A stretch of DNA of 64,000 bases from Octopus vulgaris (taxonomy: Eukaryota). Both the position numbers and the translations under genes were made by a program. The DNA lies in assembly GCA_951406725.2 (NCBI GenBank), contig OX597833.1, forward strand, positions 9,300,001 to 9,364,000. Reading direction: 5' to 3'. The first letter of the stretch is position 1. The number at the start of each line of letters is the position of its first letter. The notes under the pieces were generated by a model. That model saw nothing but the letters and a program-made list of their open reading frames with translations, had not been told where the DNA came from and ran no database searches. Shown here one piece after another: positions 29,051 through 42,453 of the stretch.

Positions 29051-31342
29051 ATGTCTTGCAAACAACTTGCACATGCAAGTGCTACCAGTTAAAAGCTCCG
29101 TATACCGGAAGCTAGTAAGTGTATGGGGTCATCAGGAGAGAATGCGCGCGGTTTCGGGGCCTACCTCTCGACGGCATCAATGCGCACCGGCCCCCCCTCA
29201 CTGATATGAGGCCCCGCTTGCTAGATCAGCTGGTTATGAAGAACTCAATATACTTCTAGCCATTGCTCATCGTCTCTTTTTAACCAAATCCAGTTGCTGG
29301 CCTTCTCCACTGTAGATTGGATATCAGTCATGGTGGTATTGACTTTACGATGAGTTAGGCCTGGCGATAATAATAATAATAATAATAAAAATCAGCAATG
29401 AAACTATTTCTCTTTAAATGAGAATGCAATATTTTAGAATATAATGAGATAAATCTTACTATCATTAAGTGTCTTATGAATTAGACACACAGTGTCATGT
29501 ATGCATATATACCATCACACATATTCACTTGCAGCCTCTCTGTTCACATATGTCATCTCATGTCTTCCTCTACACAAACATGTATGGCTTTACATACACC
29601 ATCAAATGACTAAACGTCACCTAAAAGATTTTCAGCAGTTTCTGGCACCAATATATTTCTCTCTAAAAGAACAAGAGAATGAAAACACACAAAATCTACC
29701 CAAATATAAAGATCAGGAAATAGAGATAGCCAGGACACTGGGGCAGGGAACACAAACAGAAACAATCTCCATCAGAACAGAAATGACCAAGTTGGCACCT
29801 AAAATGTTGAAAGATTGTTGCTCATTTTTTAAAGAAAAGAAAATGGAATGGAGTATAAAAGATAAAGTTAGAAAAAGGTGAATATCAGGATTATAAGAAA
29901 AGATGTATTTCAAACTGGGTTTAAAATAAACACCATCATGTATATTAAGACACCTCTCTCCTCATACACACACACACACACAGACACACAGACACACACA
30001 CACACATGTATGTATAAAATGTCATCATTTCTTAGAATCTGGGTCTTTACTTTCTTGCAAAGCAAATTGTCAAAGGTGTTCTTCATGGCTTTAAAGAACT
30101 TGGAAAAAAATTAAAACTCAAAGCAGCAACAGACGAAGCTTCACGAGTAGACCCTAAATGAGAAACTGCTCCAAGCATTAACTTCTGTAAATTAAGATTC
30201 TTTGTTAAGACAACAGAGTGTAATTAAAGACCTATGAAATGGTGTATAGTTACATACGACATGACACATGTACATTAGAATTGTATGAGGAGGTGAGGGA
30301 GAGCAAGTGAAAAGGTGAGAAGATGTTAGGATATAATTGTTGGATTTGAGATTTTTGGGAAATCAATAATATTTAGTGATCAGTGAATATTGACAAATTT
30401 CCTGTTAAAGTATTTTATAAATATATATTTTGAAGGACAGGCTGTCCTCTGTCATAAATACTGAAATTTCTTCTTTTGTCGACAACAATCAACTAATATC
30501 AGATACAAAAGCAAAAGAATATTCATACACACATAAATATATCCACCTGCATAAGTATTTATATTATTCAAAGCAGTTTATGATCTCAAAATGGATGAAA
30601 TAAGAATAGAGTAGAAAATAGATGTGTTGGTGCGCCATACAACTTCAAAAACATTGCCAAAAATATTGTAAAACCACAGACACAAAAAAAGATAACGAAA
30701 CAATTATATCACAGAATATATGAGAGAGCAGGTATATAGCTTGATGGAGAAGTATGACAATAGGTAGAAATAAATACACACACATACTAAAGCTGTGGGA
30801 TCGAAAGATATTAAAATCAGAAAACAGTAAATAATTGTTAAGACATCTGAGTTATCCCCCCTATCGTAAGGGAAGGGACTCTTACAGTTCCCCTTCCACT
30901 AAGACTGTTTTGTCATGTCTGGGACAGGGTTAAAAATCTGCCGATGAACACCACGACGTAATTTCAGTGGGTTTGACTCTTGATCATGAACTCCATCCAT
31001 CAAAGCTTCGGTGGAGAGAAAAGAAACTCAGTAAGTTTTACTTTGAAATTAATTTCACTTCCAGTTTTCACTAAACAAAAGAACATGGCGGTTGTTAAGA
31101 GTCTTAGATTTTGCACTTTTATCTATGAATTTTCATCAGCCCCAACCATTTGATCTGTTAGGTGAGCCTTATTAATATTTCTTGATGTTTTTGTTAGAAA
31201 GAAAACAACAACCTCCTAAATTTAGGTGAACCTTACGGATTCTGTGTGGCTGAACTCAAAATGGGATGAGTTAGAAGAAACACAACAAAGCATTTTTTCT
31301 GACACTCAAACAATTCTGCAAGTTTGCCTCCTTAACAACAAC

Positions 31343-31379
<37 letters not shown>

Positions 31380-31545
31380 GGCCATCAATTTTAAGGGAGG
31401 GACAAATCGATTAGATCAACTCAGTCCTTGAAAGGATACATTATCAACCTCGAAAGGATAAGGGGCAAAGTCAACCTTGGTGGCATTTTAAGTCAGAATG
31501 TAAAAAATCAGAAGAAATACTGTTAAGTATTTTATTCAACTGCCC
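31380..31545 (-). mobile_element. Degenerate SINE family A
   Basis: GAAAGGATAAGGGGCAAAGTCAACCTTGG body after (AAT)n. Confidence 0.65.
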
Positions 31546-31795
31546 TGGCGACGAGAGAGTATGATAAAAAGAAGAAGAAGAAGAAGAAGAAGAAGAAGAA
31601 GAGAAGTAGGTGAGATTATTTGAAGTGGGAAATAAAGACTGTGATCTTTGAAGGCGGCAAGTGTTATACCTGTCGTTGTAGTACTTTGGGAACTATATGT
31701 ACTAAGCTCACACTGGCTGTGGACTAAGGGGACTCTTTGTTTTGTTCTTCTGTTCAGTGAAATTACTGTGTAAATAATAATAATAATAATAATAA

Positions 31796-32134
31796 AAAGC
31801 AGATGGAAAAATAAACGACTATGATGATTTAAAGTGGGAAGTACGAAAGTTGTGGCCAATGAAGAGAGCAGACGTGATACCAACAGTAATTGGTGCCGTT
31901 GGAAGTATTAGCACTCAACTACCAACTTGGGGTGAAAGAGATTGGTGCTGCAAGTGTGAAGGTGGAACACCTACAAAAATCAGCATTGCTTGGAACTGCA
32001 AGATTTCTTTGCAGGGTTCTTGAAGCATGACCAGTAAACAAGTGTCACCTTAGTCTGTTGGCTGTGGGCAGCTGACACTTTCCATCATACCCAGCAAAAC
32101 AAGCTGTGAGTTTTCATTACATAATAATAATAAT
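31796..32134 (+). mobile_element. R4/Dong-like non-LTR 3' fragment inserted in (TAA)n
   Basis: YDDLKWEVRKLW..DVIPTVIGAVGSI..VEHLQKSALLGTARFLCRVLEA*; (TAA)n on both flanks; a second short related remnant at ~31630-31795. Confidence 0.85.
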
Positions 32135-32879
32135 ATAAAAAGAAATAAAAATTTTACTAAATTACAGACTAAGCCCAAGAGCAGATGTTTGAAGGTAAAA
32201 GCTAAACAAGGAAAAGAAAAATGATGAAGAACAAGTTTAAAATGGTTTTGTAATGGGGGAACCAATGGACAAATGAAGGAATGGTCAGTCGATAACTGTA
32301 ACCATAGGAACTAAACCAATTGATGATCCACAAGGAATAATGGCCAATTCTTCCCTAAATCACATACATCTTTCTTAAGAAAGTAAGACTGATACATAAA
32401 ATGACATAGTCCTAGATACGCTATGCCTGGATAAGAGTTAGAATTGTTACAGATGGAACGCTTGATAATTTGTTTGCTACAGCAAAGCTAACTTAGATAT
32501 AAACAAGAACAAAACTTGCGTGAATATCTCCCCACCACCACCACCACTGAAAGAATCCTATCTGATTATTTGATCTGTGGTTTCTCACATAACAAGAATA
32601 TTTAAAGACTTGATATACAACATTTAATTAGCAAGAGTAAGACATACACACATATATATGCACTGTCATACAAGTATATATGTATGTATCTATCAATCAA
32701 TCTATTTGTAAATAGTAAGGGATTATCCCCAAATGATTATTGGCTCACTCTCAGGTATTCAAAATAGGTTATTCATCAGTTAATATATAAATCCAATAAT
32801 ATTCTTATAAGAAAAGAATTTAGAGATATATTCCATCGGATAATTCTGAATATATTACCATAACCATATAGGTTGCTTG

Positions 32880-33202
32880 GATATCAACAATATGATAATA
32901 AGGATTGTTATGAAGTTGCATAGCGTTACCTTTAATTCTTTTGATATATATATACAGCTTTAACATAGACCAATACAGAGTAGATAAATGAAAAACTTTA
33001 AACAATCAAATTGGAGGATGTTAAATAAAGACCCTGAAGAAACTGCACCAGTTTTTTTGTTTTTTATGGTAGGCTGACAATTGCAACAGTTACTAATTGG
33101 TGCAGTTGAAACACGTGTAGGTCTGTGTAAAGCTGTAAATATATATTAAAAGGTAATGCTGTGCCACTTTGTAATAATCCTTATTGTTTAAAATAGTTGA
33201 TA
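32880..33202. mobile_element. Probable Penelope-like terminal-repeat remnant with an inverted duplication
   Basis: 32880-32971 is a diverged reverse complement of 33120-33202; encloses the hammerhead. Confidence 0.6.
33029..33124 (+). ncRNA. Minimal type-I hammerhead ribozyme (Penelope-like element type)
   Basis: Stem I AGACC/GGUCU; core CUGAAGA (33034-33040); 10-13 bp stem II AACUGCACCA/UGGUGCAGUU; GAAA (33108-33111); palindromic stem III ACACGUGU; GUA cleavage triplet ending at 33119. Confidence 0.82.
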
Positions 33203-34457
33203 CACATATATATAGAGAGATTTATATAAATATGTACGTATGTTTGTATATATGTGTGTGTGAACAAAGTGAAAGGAAAGCAGTTGCTAGAGGGGGGTGG
33301 GTGGGTTTGTAATAGAGATGACAGTAAAGCCTCAGTAAACAGAGAATTATATTAGAAATTGCAGAAAGAATGGCAGCAACTGTACAAAAGACAACCCCTT
33401 CGCTTCTTTCAGTCAGTATTATGTTTATCATCCTCCACATTGTCTGCCCAACCATTGACCATTGTGTTTCATTCAACATCTCTTTTTCCAATAGGACAGG
33501 TTTCTTTGTCCTCTTCAGGTGGAAGACACTTAAGTTATTAATGAAAACAAATGCTGTTTTTCTTCACATCAAATGCTGTGAGAAGCCATGTGAATCTGTC
33601 TCTGAATTGGCACCAGTTTCAACCAGATTCTCACACAGCCATATCAGTTTCCCTGAGATCAGTAATAAACTAGTTTCCACTAGTTTTTCCCTCTGACTGA
33701 TGTCCTGCTCTTCCCCATCCTCATCTTTGGCCCAACCATGACCATCTAGCTGACCACTCAATCAGTTTTGCTTACTTCACCCTGCTCCTGATTCTGTTAC
33801 CATTTTCCTGCCTTTGTCTCATTCTCTTTCGGTTCCTCCATAAAAACAGATGAAACAATTTCCTCCATTCAACATGGGCAAGATTCTGGGGATATTTATA
33901 TTGCAAATATTGTTTTCTTATCATTCTTTTAAAAGCCATTTTTTATCACAAAAGTTCTACTAAGAATGCAGGCAATCATGAAAGAAGGGGAATCAGTGTT
34001 TACCTGCTGTCTGAAACATAGCATAATCTTACTCCAATGCCACAGCAGATTAGTTGGGAAAAGGTTTGGCTGGCAACTGGGAATGACAGAAAAGGAGTTT
34101 TATTCCTGCTGAGGCTACAGTACACATAGCACACACACACACATATGCACATACACGCACATTTCACTTAGGCATTGCAATACTAATAACCTTGTGTAGA
34201 GTCAACATATGTCAGCTTCTGAATGAAGCATTAGTTGAATGCAGAGTGGTAAAAAGAAGACAAAGGCAATAAGTAATTAATCTTATGAACATCATTAGCT
34301 TCCAGCTGCTTCCGTAATTTAATGCAGTGGACTTATTATATTTGAGTACCTTTCAATAACACCTTTCAACTTCATCAGAGCAGAGGTGGAAACAGCTGTA
34401 AGCTAATGAAATTCATAATACAATCATTTATTCCTTTGTCACCTCTTTTTTTCTTTT

Positions 34458-34503
34458 ATATATATATATATATATATACATACACACACACATATATACA
34501 TAT

Positions 34504-34546
<43 letters not shown>

Positions 34547-34601
34547 CACACATATATATATATATATACACACATATACATATATACATATATATATACA
34601 C

Positions 34602-34646
<45 letters not shown>

Positions 34647-34707
34647 CATACATATATATATATACACATATATATATATATACATATATATATACATATA
34701 TATATAC

Positions 34708-34740
<33 letters not shown>

Positions 34741-34898
34741 CACATATATATATACACACATATATATATATACATATATATATACATATATATATACACA
34801 TATATATATATACATATATATATATATACATATATATATACATATATACATATATATATACATATATATATACATATATACATATATATATACATATA

Positions 34899-34952
<54 letters not shown>

Positions 34953-34959
34953 TATAAAT

Positions 34960-35020
<61 letters not shown>
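34458..35020. repeat. Long compound (TA)n/CA microsatellite
   Basis: Direct observation. Confidence 0.95.
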
Positions 35021-35024
<4 letters not shown>

Positions 35025-35248
35025 ATATATATAATTTTTTGAAGGGGTTTAAAATTCAAAGACGGGTTTGTGGGAGTGGATTAATAAGATAGGGGAATTT
35101 GTGATATTCATGCCAAAACCAAGTGATACAAAAACAGTTGGAGATTAAATGCAGGTGATTGAGGCAGTATTCTGTTGACCAAGAAGTCATGCAATCACAC
35201 AAATATATACATATATATATATATATAGATATATATATATATATATAT

Positions 35249-35283
<35 letters not shown>

Positions 35284-36143
35284 TAGAGAAATATATATAT
35301 AGATATGGATATATGTTTTTAATAGAAGGAAATATATCTTTATAATATAATACTTTCTTTTTCATTTTAAATATAGATAATCTCCCCTGACTCAGTCGCT
35401 AATCATTTGGCAGTTTCAGCTTGATGTTGATGGAATTAAACTAATGTCAGTGTTAACGATGATGATGATGATGGTCTTGCACTGTGGGTGATGGTGGTGG
35501 TGTTGGTAGGAGGGGGGGAGGTTCAACATTAGAAACTTATTTGCATTCTGTGGAGAAATTAGTAACCTGACAATTAGTGGAGGGCAGGGCATTAATACCT
35601 CTATCTATATACATACACATATATCAGTGTGGTAATTAGAGTAGGTGTGACGAGGGGAGGGTGAGAAGCCATGAGTGTGGGGAAGAGATGTAGGATGTTG
35701 TTTAATGTCAGATCCCCGTTGGGGGGTGGGGATAGGGATGGAAGGGTGGGTGGGGGTGTTTATAAACTCATTTTTGAAAGAGAATAAAGGAACAGGACAG
35801 TTGGGAGTTGTTTCAGGGTGTGAAGGAAAGGGTTGGGTGGATGGGACATACAGACAGACAAACAGTTTTGAAGATGGTCAAGATGGCAAGAATGTGTGGA
35901 ACAATTGGCAAGATGGATCCTAAGATGTCACGGAGGTCATGCAGGAATAAGTTGTGTGGAATCAATTTCTTTTAGAAATAATTGATAGTTGGATGAGTTT
36001 GGGGAGGGAGAGGAAATGGCAGTAAAGTCTGGCATTGGTAGAAGTGCTTCAGTATGGCCAATGCCAAGTGGTTGGAAAAAGATAAAGAGGGGGGTGAGAA
36101 AAGGTGAGAAAGAATAGAAAAAGATAGGTAGATAAATAAATAG

Positions 36144-36198
<55 letters not shown>

Positions 36199-36351
36199 AA
36201 GAGAGAGAGAGAGAAATAGAAACAGAGAAAGAGAATGAAAGTGTATATAAGAAAGGGATGTAAATATTTTCAGTATTTAAACAAGAAACTAGATGGATAA
36301 AGAGTATGTGTATATACAAATTCACATTATATATACATGTGTGTGTGTGTG

Positions 36352-37566
36352 TAATGTGGAATTCCCCAAAAATGAATACACACTTTAATACTCAAATTTC
36401 ATTTCTTTTCAGATTTAACTCATTAGAAATAACGAAGGAAGCCAAACTAAGCTTTGAACAAAGGAAATTTAGTCTAAAGTGTAACTGGAAATTTGGAAGT
36501 GCAGCCAAAGTGCAAATAGTTTCAACTAGTGAAACCTATGCAACTTACTATCACTTGGATTCCAGATGGAATTTCAGAACAAAGCAGATGGAACTGTTCA
36601 GAATGTCCACAAGAAATGTTTTGCAAAAATTTCAAACAGTAACAAGCCCCACAAAACAGGAAAGAGTACCAGAAATGTATTGCAAGAGTTGAAGAAAATC
36701 TGTGCAAAAAGTGATTCATAAAAGAATTATTGAAGAACCAAGAAGCAGTGACATTGGAAAAAATTGCAACCCAAAGTTAGTCTCTGTTCTCAATGAAGAT
36801 GATCCAAACCAAAGAGCAGAGTTTTGTGAATGGTTCTTGGCAAGATGTGTAGAAGACAACACTTTTACCACAAAGATTGTTTGGAGTGATGAAACTACAT
36901 TCAAATTACATGACAACCACCAAAACTGCATCTATGCAGGACCTGAATTTTACATTTCCTGAAGGAACATCATGTTAATTACCAGGTGTTACAGTATGGT
37001 GTGGTTCGTCATGAAAAAGATTTCTGGAACCTTCCTTTTTTGACAGTACTGTGACTGGTCTCATTTACTTGAACTTGCTGTGACAATCTGTCATGTCAAG
37101 TATTCAAAAGGACTTTGAAGATGTGGGACCCCACATAACCATAATAATGTAAGGGCCTACCTTGATGAAATTTTGCCAAAGAGGTGGATTAGATGAAGAT
37201 GTTCAGTAAAATACCATTGGCATTCAGTGGATCTCACATCACTAGACTTTTTTTTCCATGGGGAAACTTAAATGATAAAGTTTATGGTACAAAACTTGCT
37301 ACAATCAATGAACTGAGGGCAGCCATCGAAGGAGAATGCACACAAATAACAAACAAAATACTTTGTGATCTTTGCAATTCTATTGCTTTGCAGTATCAAC
37401 AGTGTCTGGACTAGAACAGTCATCAGTTTGAAAAGAGGCACCCATAAACATATTGAATTCTGTCTGTAGACTCTATCAAATTGTGAAAATGAAAAAATGT
37501 AATTTAGTAAACACTGACTTATTAATCAGCCAATGTGTGTATAAATTTAATGGGACAACTCATATA
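36352..37566 (+). mobile_element. Degenerate Tc1/mariner-superfamily DNA transposon (probably DD41D/rosa-like), near full length
   Basis: LNEDDPNQRAEFCEWF, IVWSDETTFKL, VWCG, PLDFF.WG.L.DKVY, ELRAAI motifs across frameshifts; degenerate TIRs near 36352-36386 and 37531-37566. Confidence 0.85.
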
Positions 37567-37835
37567 TGTGCGTATGTATGTATATATGTATGTATGCATG
37601 CTGCAGCATGGCCACAGCCCTTGAGCTGGAACTAGTATAACAGTAAAAGAGAGTATAATGTGTATACATATATACTTAAACCATTTCAAATTTGATTCAA
37701 ATACTCAATATCCTGAATAGAGTTTCTTTACTCAAAGACTCACAATAAATACGATTTTCTAAAAATGTGGATCTCAAACTCAATCCAATCTACCTTATTT
37801 CACATCTAAAATATTGGATCGCAACAAAACGTTTA

Positions 37836-37871
<36 letters not shown>

Positions 37872-38058
37872 ACACACACACACACAAAATAAGTTTTAGA
37901 TATAATAATATTTCCCAAGGATTTTTCACGTTGCCTTAGATTTCCTAACACTTTTGTCATAATTACGGTTGTTGTAATTATTATTATTATTATTATTTTA
38001 AGCAACACAACATATTTACAGTTGTGTGTATATACACAATTATCTATCTAAATTTATA

Positions 38059-38104
<46 letters not shown>

Positions 38105-38207
38105 TATATATATATGCACATATATTTACACACTCCTTATTAACCAGTATATATATTTGTAGGTAGCACAATTACAAATGTGTTATTTATAATTAATTCC
38201 CCTCCTC

Positions 38208-38325
38208 CTCATCACCATCACCATCACCATCATCATCATCATCACCATCAAAATCACCATCACCATCATCATCATCATCACAATCACCATCACTATCACC
38301 ATCATCACAATCACCATCATCCTCA
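38208..38325. repeat. (CAT/CAC)n microsatellite
   Basis: Direct observation. Confidence 0.9.
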
Positions 38326-39477
38326 TTTGAATATCATCTCTCAAGTCACATCCTAGTAATATGATCTGTTAATTTCCTTGCAGGGCCTCGTTTGTTGTTT
38401 TACCAAAATCTTAACATGTAGCAAGTGAAAGTTGTCAACAGTTTCACTCAGATAATCAACAAGAGATAATTTTACAAATTAATTAATTAACATTGAATGA
38501 AGAAAACAATCTTACACCATTACAACCCATATACACACACATATGCGCATGTATATTCATCTGTCCCTGGGTGTGAATGTTTCAGTATACACACACACAT
38601 ATATATGTATATATCTGTGTATGCGTGTGTATGTGTGTGTATGTGTGTGTGCATGCATGTGTGTGTGTGTATATATATATAATTTACATATACATACATA
38701 TATACATATATATGTAAATTCATCAACAATAAAGACAAGACAAGCAAGAAGAGAAAACAAAAAAAAGGGTAAAAAAGCCCCACTCCCTTCTTTCTCCATT
38801 ATGGATCTACAGAATAAAATGTTTGGTTTCTTTTGTTTTCTCATTGTGTTTTCTTTCTTTGAATTTTCACAATGAAATCTTGTTCCTGTGTGGGGAGGGG
38901 GTGATTTGGAAGGGAGCTGGGGAGCTAATAAAATCTTGTTTCATAGGAAACCTGGATTTAGTCAAAACAAAACAAAAAAAAAAGGGACCAGGCTTGTCTT
39001 GTGGTGGTGATCAGGCTTGAAAAGATGGGTGGGGAAAAAAAAAAAGAAAGAAATTCTAATAAACTTTTCTTCATTTCTTACAGAAACCAAAATGGTTTGA
39101 AGATCTTTGTAGTAAGCTCCTCTCAAAACCAGCTTCTTAAATTGCTCTTATAATTATGTGTGTACATATCTTGTGTTTTTTGTGTGCATGTGTGTGTGTG
39201 TTTATATAGATATTTATATATGATTATGTATTGTGTAGTAAGTTGATTTTAAGATCAGATGAAAGCTGGGTGTGAATCTCATTCCTGAGGGATCTCTTCA
39301 GAAATATTTCCTGCCAGTAACTGTGCCACTGACCACTGTTGCTAACCAAACCATAAAATATAGAAGATGAAAAGGTCAACAATTTTCACGTTAGAAACAC
39401 TTGACACAGATTTAGAAACAATAGCTTTCACCAAAATAAACAATTACTACATCAGAGACACCAATTCCAAAATGGTG

Positions 39478-41492
39478 TTAATTAATTTCTGCCAAGTCTT
39501 GAAATTCTGAACTTGCAGGTGAGGGACACATAGGGAATTCTTCAGGGTCAAGGTAATTGCAGTCATTTCCTTGTATAAGGACAGTTACACTAGTGCCACC
39601 TACATTGACCCCATGGTGACGTAGATGGGCTTTTAAAGAGTTTGAATGACGGAAACGTTTGTCACAGTGAGTACATGGATATGGGAAGGAATTTTCGTGG
39701 ATTCGCTTATGTCGTCGCAGATTTCGATGGTCACTAAATCTTGCACCACAATCTGAACAAGCATGAGGTTTCTCACCGAGGTGTATACGTCTGTGGGATT
39801 TCATTGAACCCAAGTGGTTGAAAGTCTGACCACAAAGATCACACAAGTAACCTTGCATTTGATAACAGCTCTTTATGTGACTGTGCAGTCCACCAGCCTG
39901 AGAAAACGTACGGCCACATTTATTACAGATGAAACCTTTCACATCACTGTGAATGTGACGATGGTCTGTGAGGTAGGCCAGTTTGGCCGCTTGGAAAGTA
40001 CACCCTGAAGCATCGCATTTAAATGGACGATTGTCCTGGTGCTCACTTTTGTTATGTTCTATGAAATCACGTTGTGTCTGAGAGACTTTATTGCAGTAGC
40101 TGCAGGTGTACTGATTCTCTGCTGTATGTACCCGGATGTGGCGAGTGTAATCACACAAGCGGGCATAATTCATGCCACAAACATGACATTTATGAATTAC
40201 ACCTTGCTCATGTGAATTTAAGTGCTTTAAAAGAGCCTTTTCATCAGCAAAAGATCTTGGACATTTAGGACACTGTACAGCTCGTCGCTTGCGTCGATAT
40301 CCTCCGTCATATGTGTCTGCCGAGACAATTCCTATCTCATCTAAATCAATCTCGACACTGCTTTTTGGGACTTTCTGTGGACGGGCAGCTTTGCGCTTTG
40401 GTAAAGGCAGTGAGTCTTCATAACAAGCCACTTTCTTACCTTTAACCTGACTCCCATCTTTATTCACATAAATAACATCTCGGTAAATTTTTTTGCGATC
40501 CTGAAGACAAGCATCAGTTTTTGACGGTCTTAGTTTCACTTTCATCAGTGAATTCTTTCCACTGTCTTTGCTGCTACTGCTGCTGCTGTTGGAATCATTA
40601 CTGCTTGAAAGGTGTTGAAGGGACGGCAACGGATGCAGAACAGTCTCAGCTTGTTTCTTTGTTTTTGCAAGGATAGAAAAAACCTTGGAATTCTGGCCAT
40701 ATTCCACACTTGATTGCTGCAGGTAATTGCTTAGGGTTGGGAATTTGTAATTCCTTGATTCATTTGAAGAGCCAGACTCTGTTGCAAAGGAGAGATTACT
40801 AACACTGGAAGCAGACCCGGAATTATTTGAGTCTGCAGAGAAAGCAGAGTTGCAATCTAGACTTGGTGATGAGGAGGAAGAGACAACGTTCTCTTGGTGC
40901 AGTCCCATGATTACCCAAAGGTAGTTGTTGATATAATCGGAAAGAGAGAGAGACGAATTGTTGTTGTAATTGGAGGAATTTTGTGTTGAAATCTTTGCAA
41001 CTTTAGCCTTGCTTGGTGCTTCGGCTTCTGAGTTCTTTGAAGATGAATTTGGTAATGGAACTGAAGATGGGAAAGAAAATGAGTGTGACGATAATAATTC
41101 TGATGATTTTAGATAGTCTTCACAGACAATACTGATTTCTTTGACCCCCAGATGATGGGAAAGCTCTTGAAGTTCTGAAACCAGTTTGCGGGGACATTTC
41201 AGGATTCCTGTATAAAGGAATCCAACCAAGATTACTGTTGTGTCATAGGAATAGCCACAGAGATTAATATAATATTTCCCTGATACTTCTTCAAATTTGG
41301 CAAGATCAGCAAAATTAGAACAAAAAATGGAAAAGATTGTCGTATGAATATAGAGATTGGGATAACCAGCTTCAAACTGAAGAATTAGGTTACAGAATCG
41401 ATTTTGCCTTTGTTGAAGACACAAGCCATCCCACAACCGCTTGATGTATCCTTCATATTTGTGATAAACTTCTCCACCAGAAGAGGAATTTG
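39478..41492 (-). CDS. BTB-zinc finger gene, terminal coding exon (second BTB domain, Ser-rich linker, 8 zinc fingers, stop)
   Basis: Acceptor tatttcag|CA at 41492 (phase 1); BTB motifs RFCNLIL..IHTTIFSIFC..F, GFLYTG.L, LGV..I..C; fingers CPKC..H..H through CTHC..H..H with an LGEKP linker; TAA at 39478. Confidence 0.95.
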
Positions 41493-41740
41493 CTGAAATA
41501 AAAGAAAAAAATTTATTTCAGAGTAACCAAGATGGCAGAATAAGAATGGTTCTGTAGCAAATAGAAATTAGTCCTTATTCAAGGAGGAGGAATGGTATGT
41601 AGTGACATTCATGCCTTTCCTTCAGATGTTTATGCATGTTTAAAGAACAATGGAATCTACTCAGATTTGAAACCAGATCCCAGTGATTCTTGGCATGCTG
41701 AGTACCTGTCTTCTTTCAGAGATCAACAATGAAATATTTA

Positions 41741-42453
41741 TAACTAGGTCAACACTAAACCCTGCATCTATAACTGGGTAAAGAATGAAGGCAACATTCT
41801 TAATTAGGTCAACAGTGAAGGCTACATTAATAAATGGATAAATATTGAAACATCCATTAATAGTTAGCAGTGAAAGCCTGAGTTAAGAAGAATTAGGTCA
41901 ACATTAAGTTTTATGGATGCAACTTTGTCAGCATCAAATTTTGAAGCAAATAAATAATAAACAATAAGTTTATATTAATATCTGGGTTAACACAAATTTA
42001 TACTAATAACTGGGTCAACGTTGTTTATATTAATAACAGGGTCGACTTTGGAATCTATTTTTATAACTTGATCAACAATGAAGTTAATATTAATAACTGG
42101 GTTTACAATGCAGTCTATTTCAATAACCAAGTTAACAGCCATATCTTTCAGAATAGTTAGATCTATAGTGAAATATTAATAAACAGGTCAGCAGTTGAGC
42201 TTATTTTGAAAACTGGGTCAACACTGAAGCATATATTTATAATTAGGTCAACATTGCAACCTATTTTAACAAGTGGGTTAACAGTTAAGTTAATATTAAT
42301 TACTGGCTCAGTATTGGGAACTGTTTTAATAACATTTTAGTAACGTCCATTTTCAAAAACTAGAATGTACAATGAAGTAGGCCAACTTTTGTGCCCATTT
42401 TGATAACTAGGTCAATAATAGAGTTCATATTAATAACTAGATTCTGTCATATT
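41741..42453. repeat. Diverged ~30-bp minisatellite, ~23 units, consensus TAACTRGGTCAACANTGAAGNNTATATTAA
   Basis: Unit starts at 41741, 41771, 41801, 41831 ... 42210, 42240, 42404; intronic. Confidence 0.85.

Noticed and set aside
33564-33761. Acidic 65-aa minus-strand ORF
   Set aside because: No domain similarity or convincing splice sites.
35380-35600. AP-1 (35388), octamer (35539) and TGACA motifs clustered
   Set aside because: Short motifs expected by chance; no conservation data.
39814-40268. Plus-strand ORFs over the zinc-finger exon, and those over the RTE (12546-14622)
   Set aside because: Antisense shadows of real coding sequence.
41741-42453. CRISPR-like appearance (conserved motif plus variable part)
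   Set aside because: Eukaryotic intron; the variable parts are homologous to each other; no cas genes.
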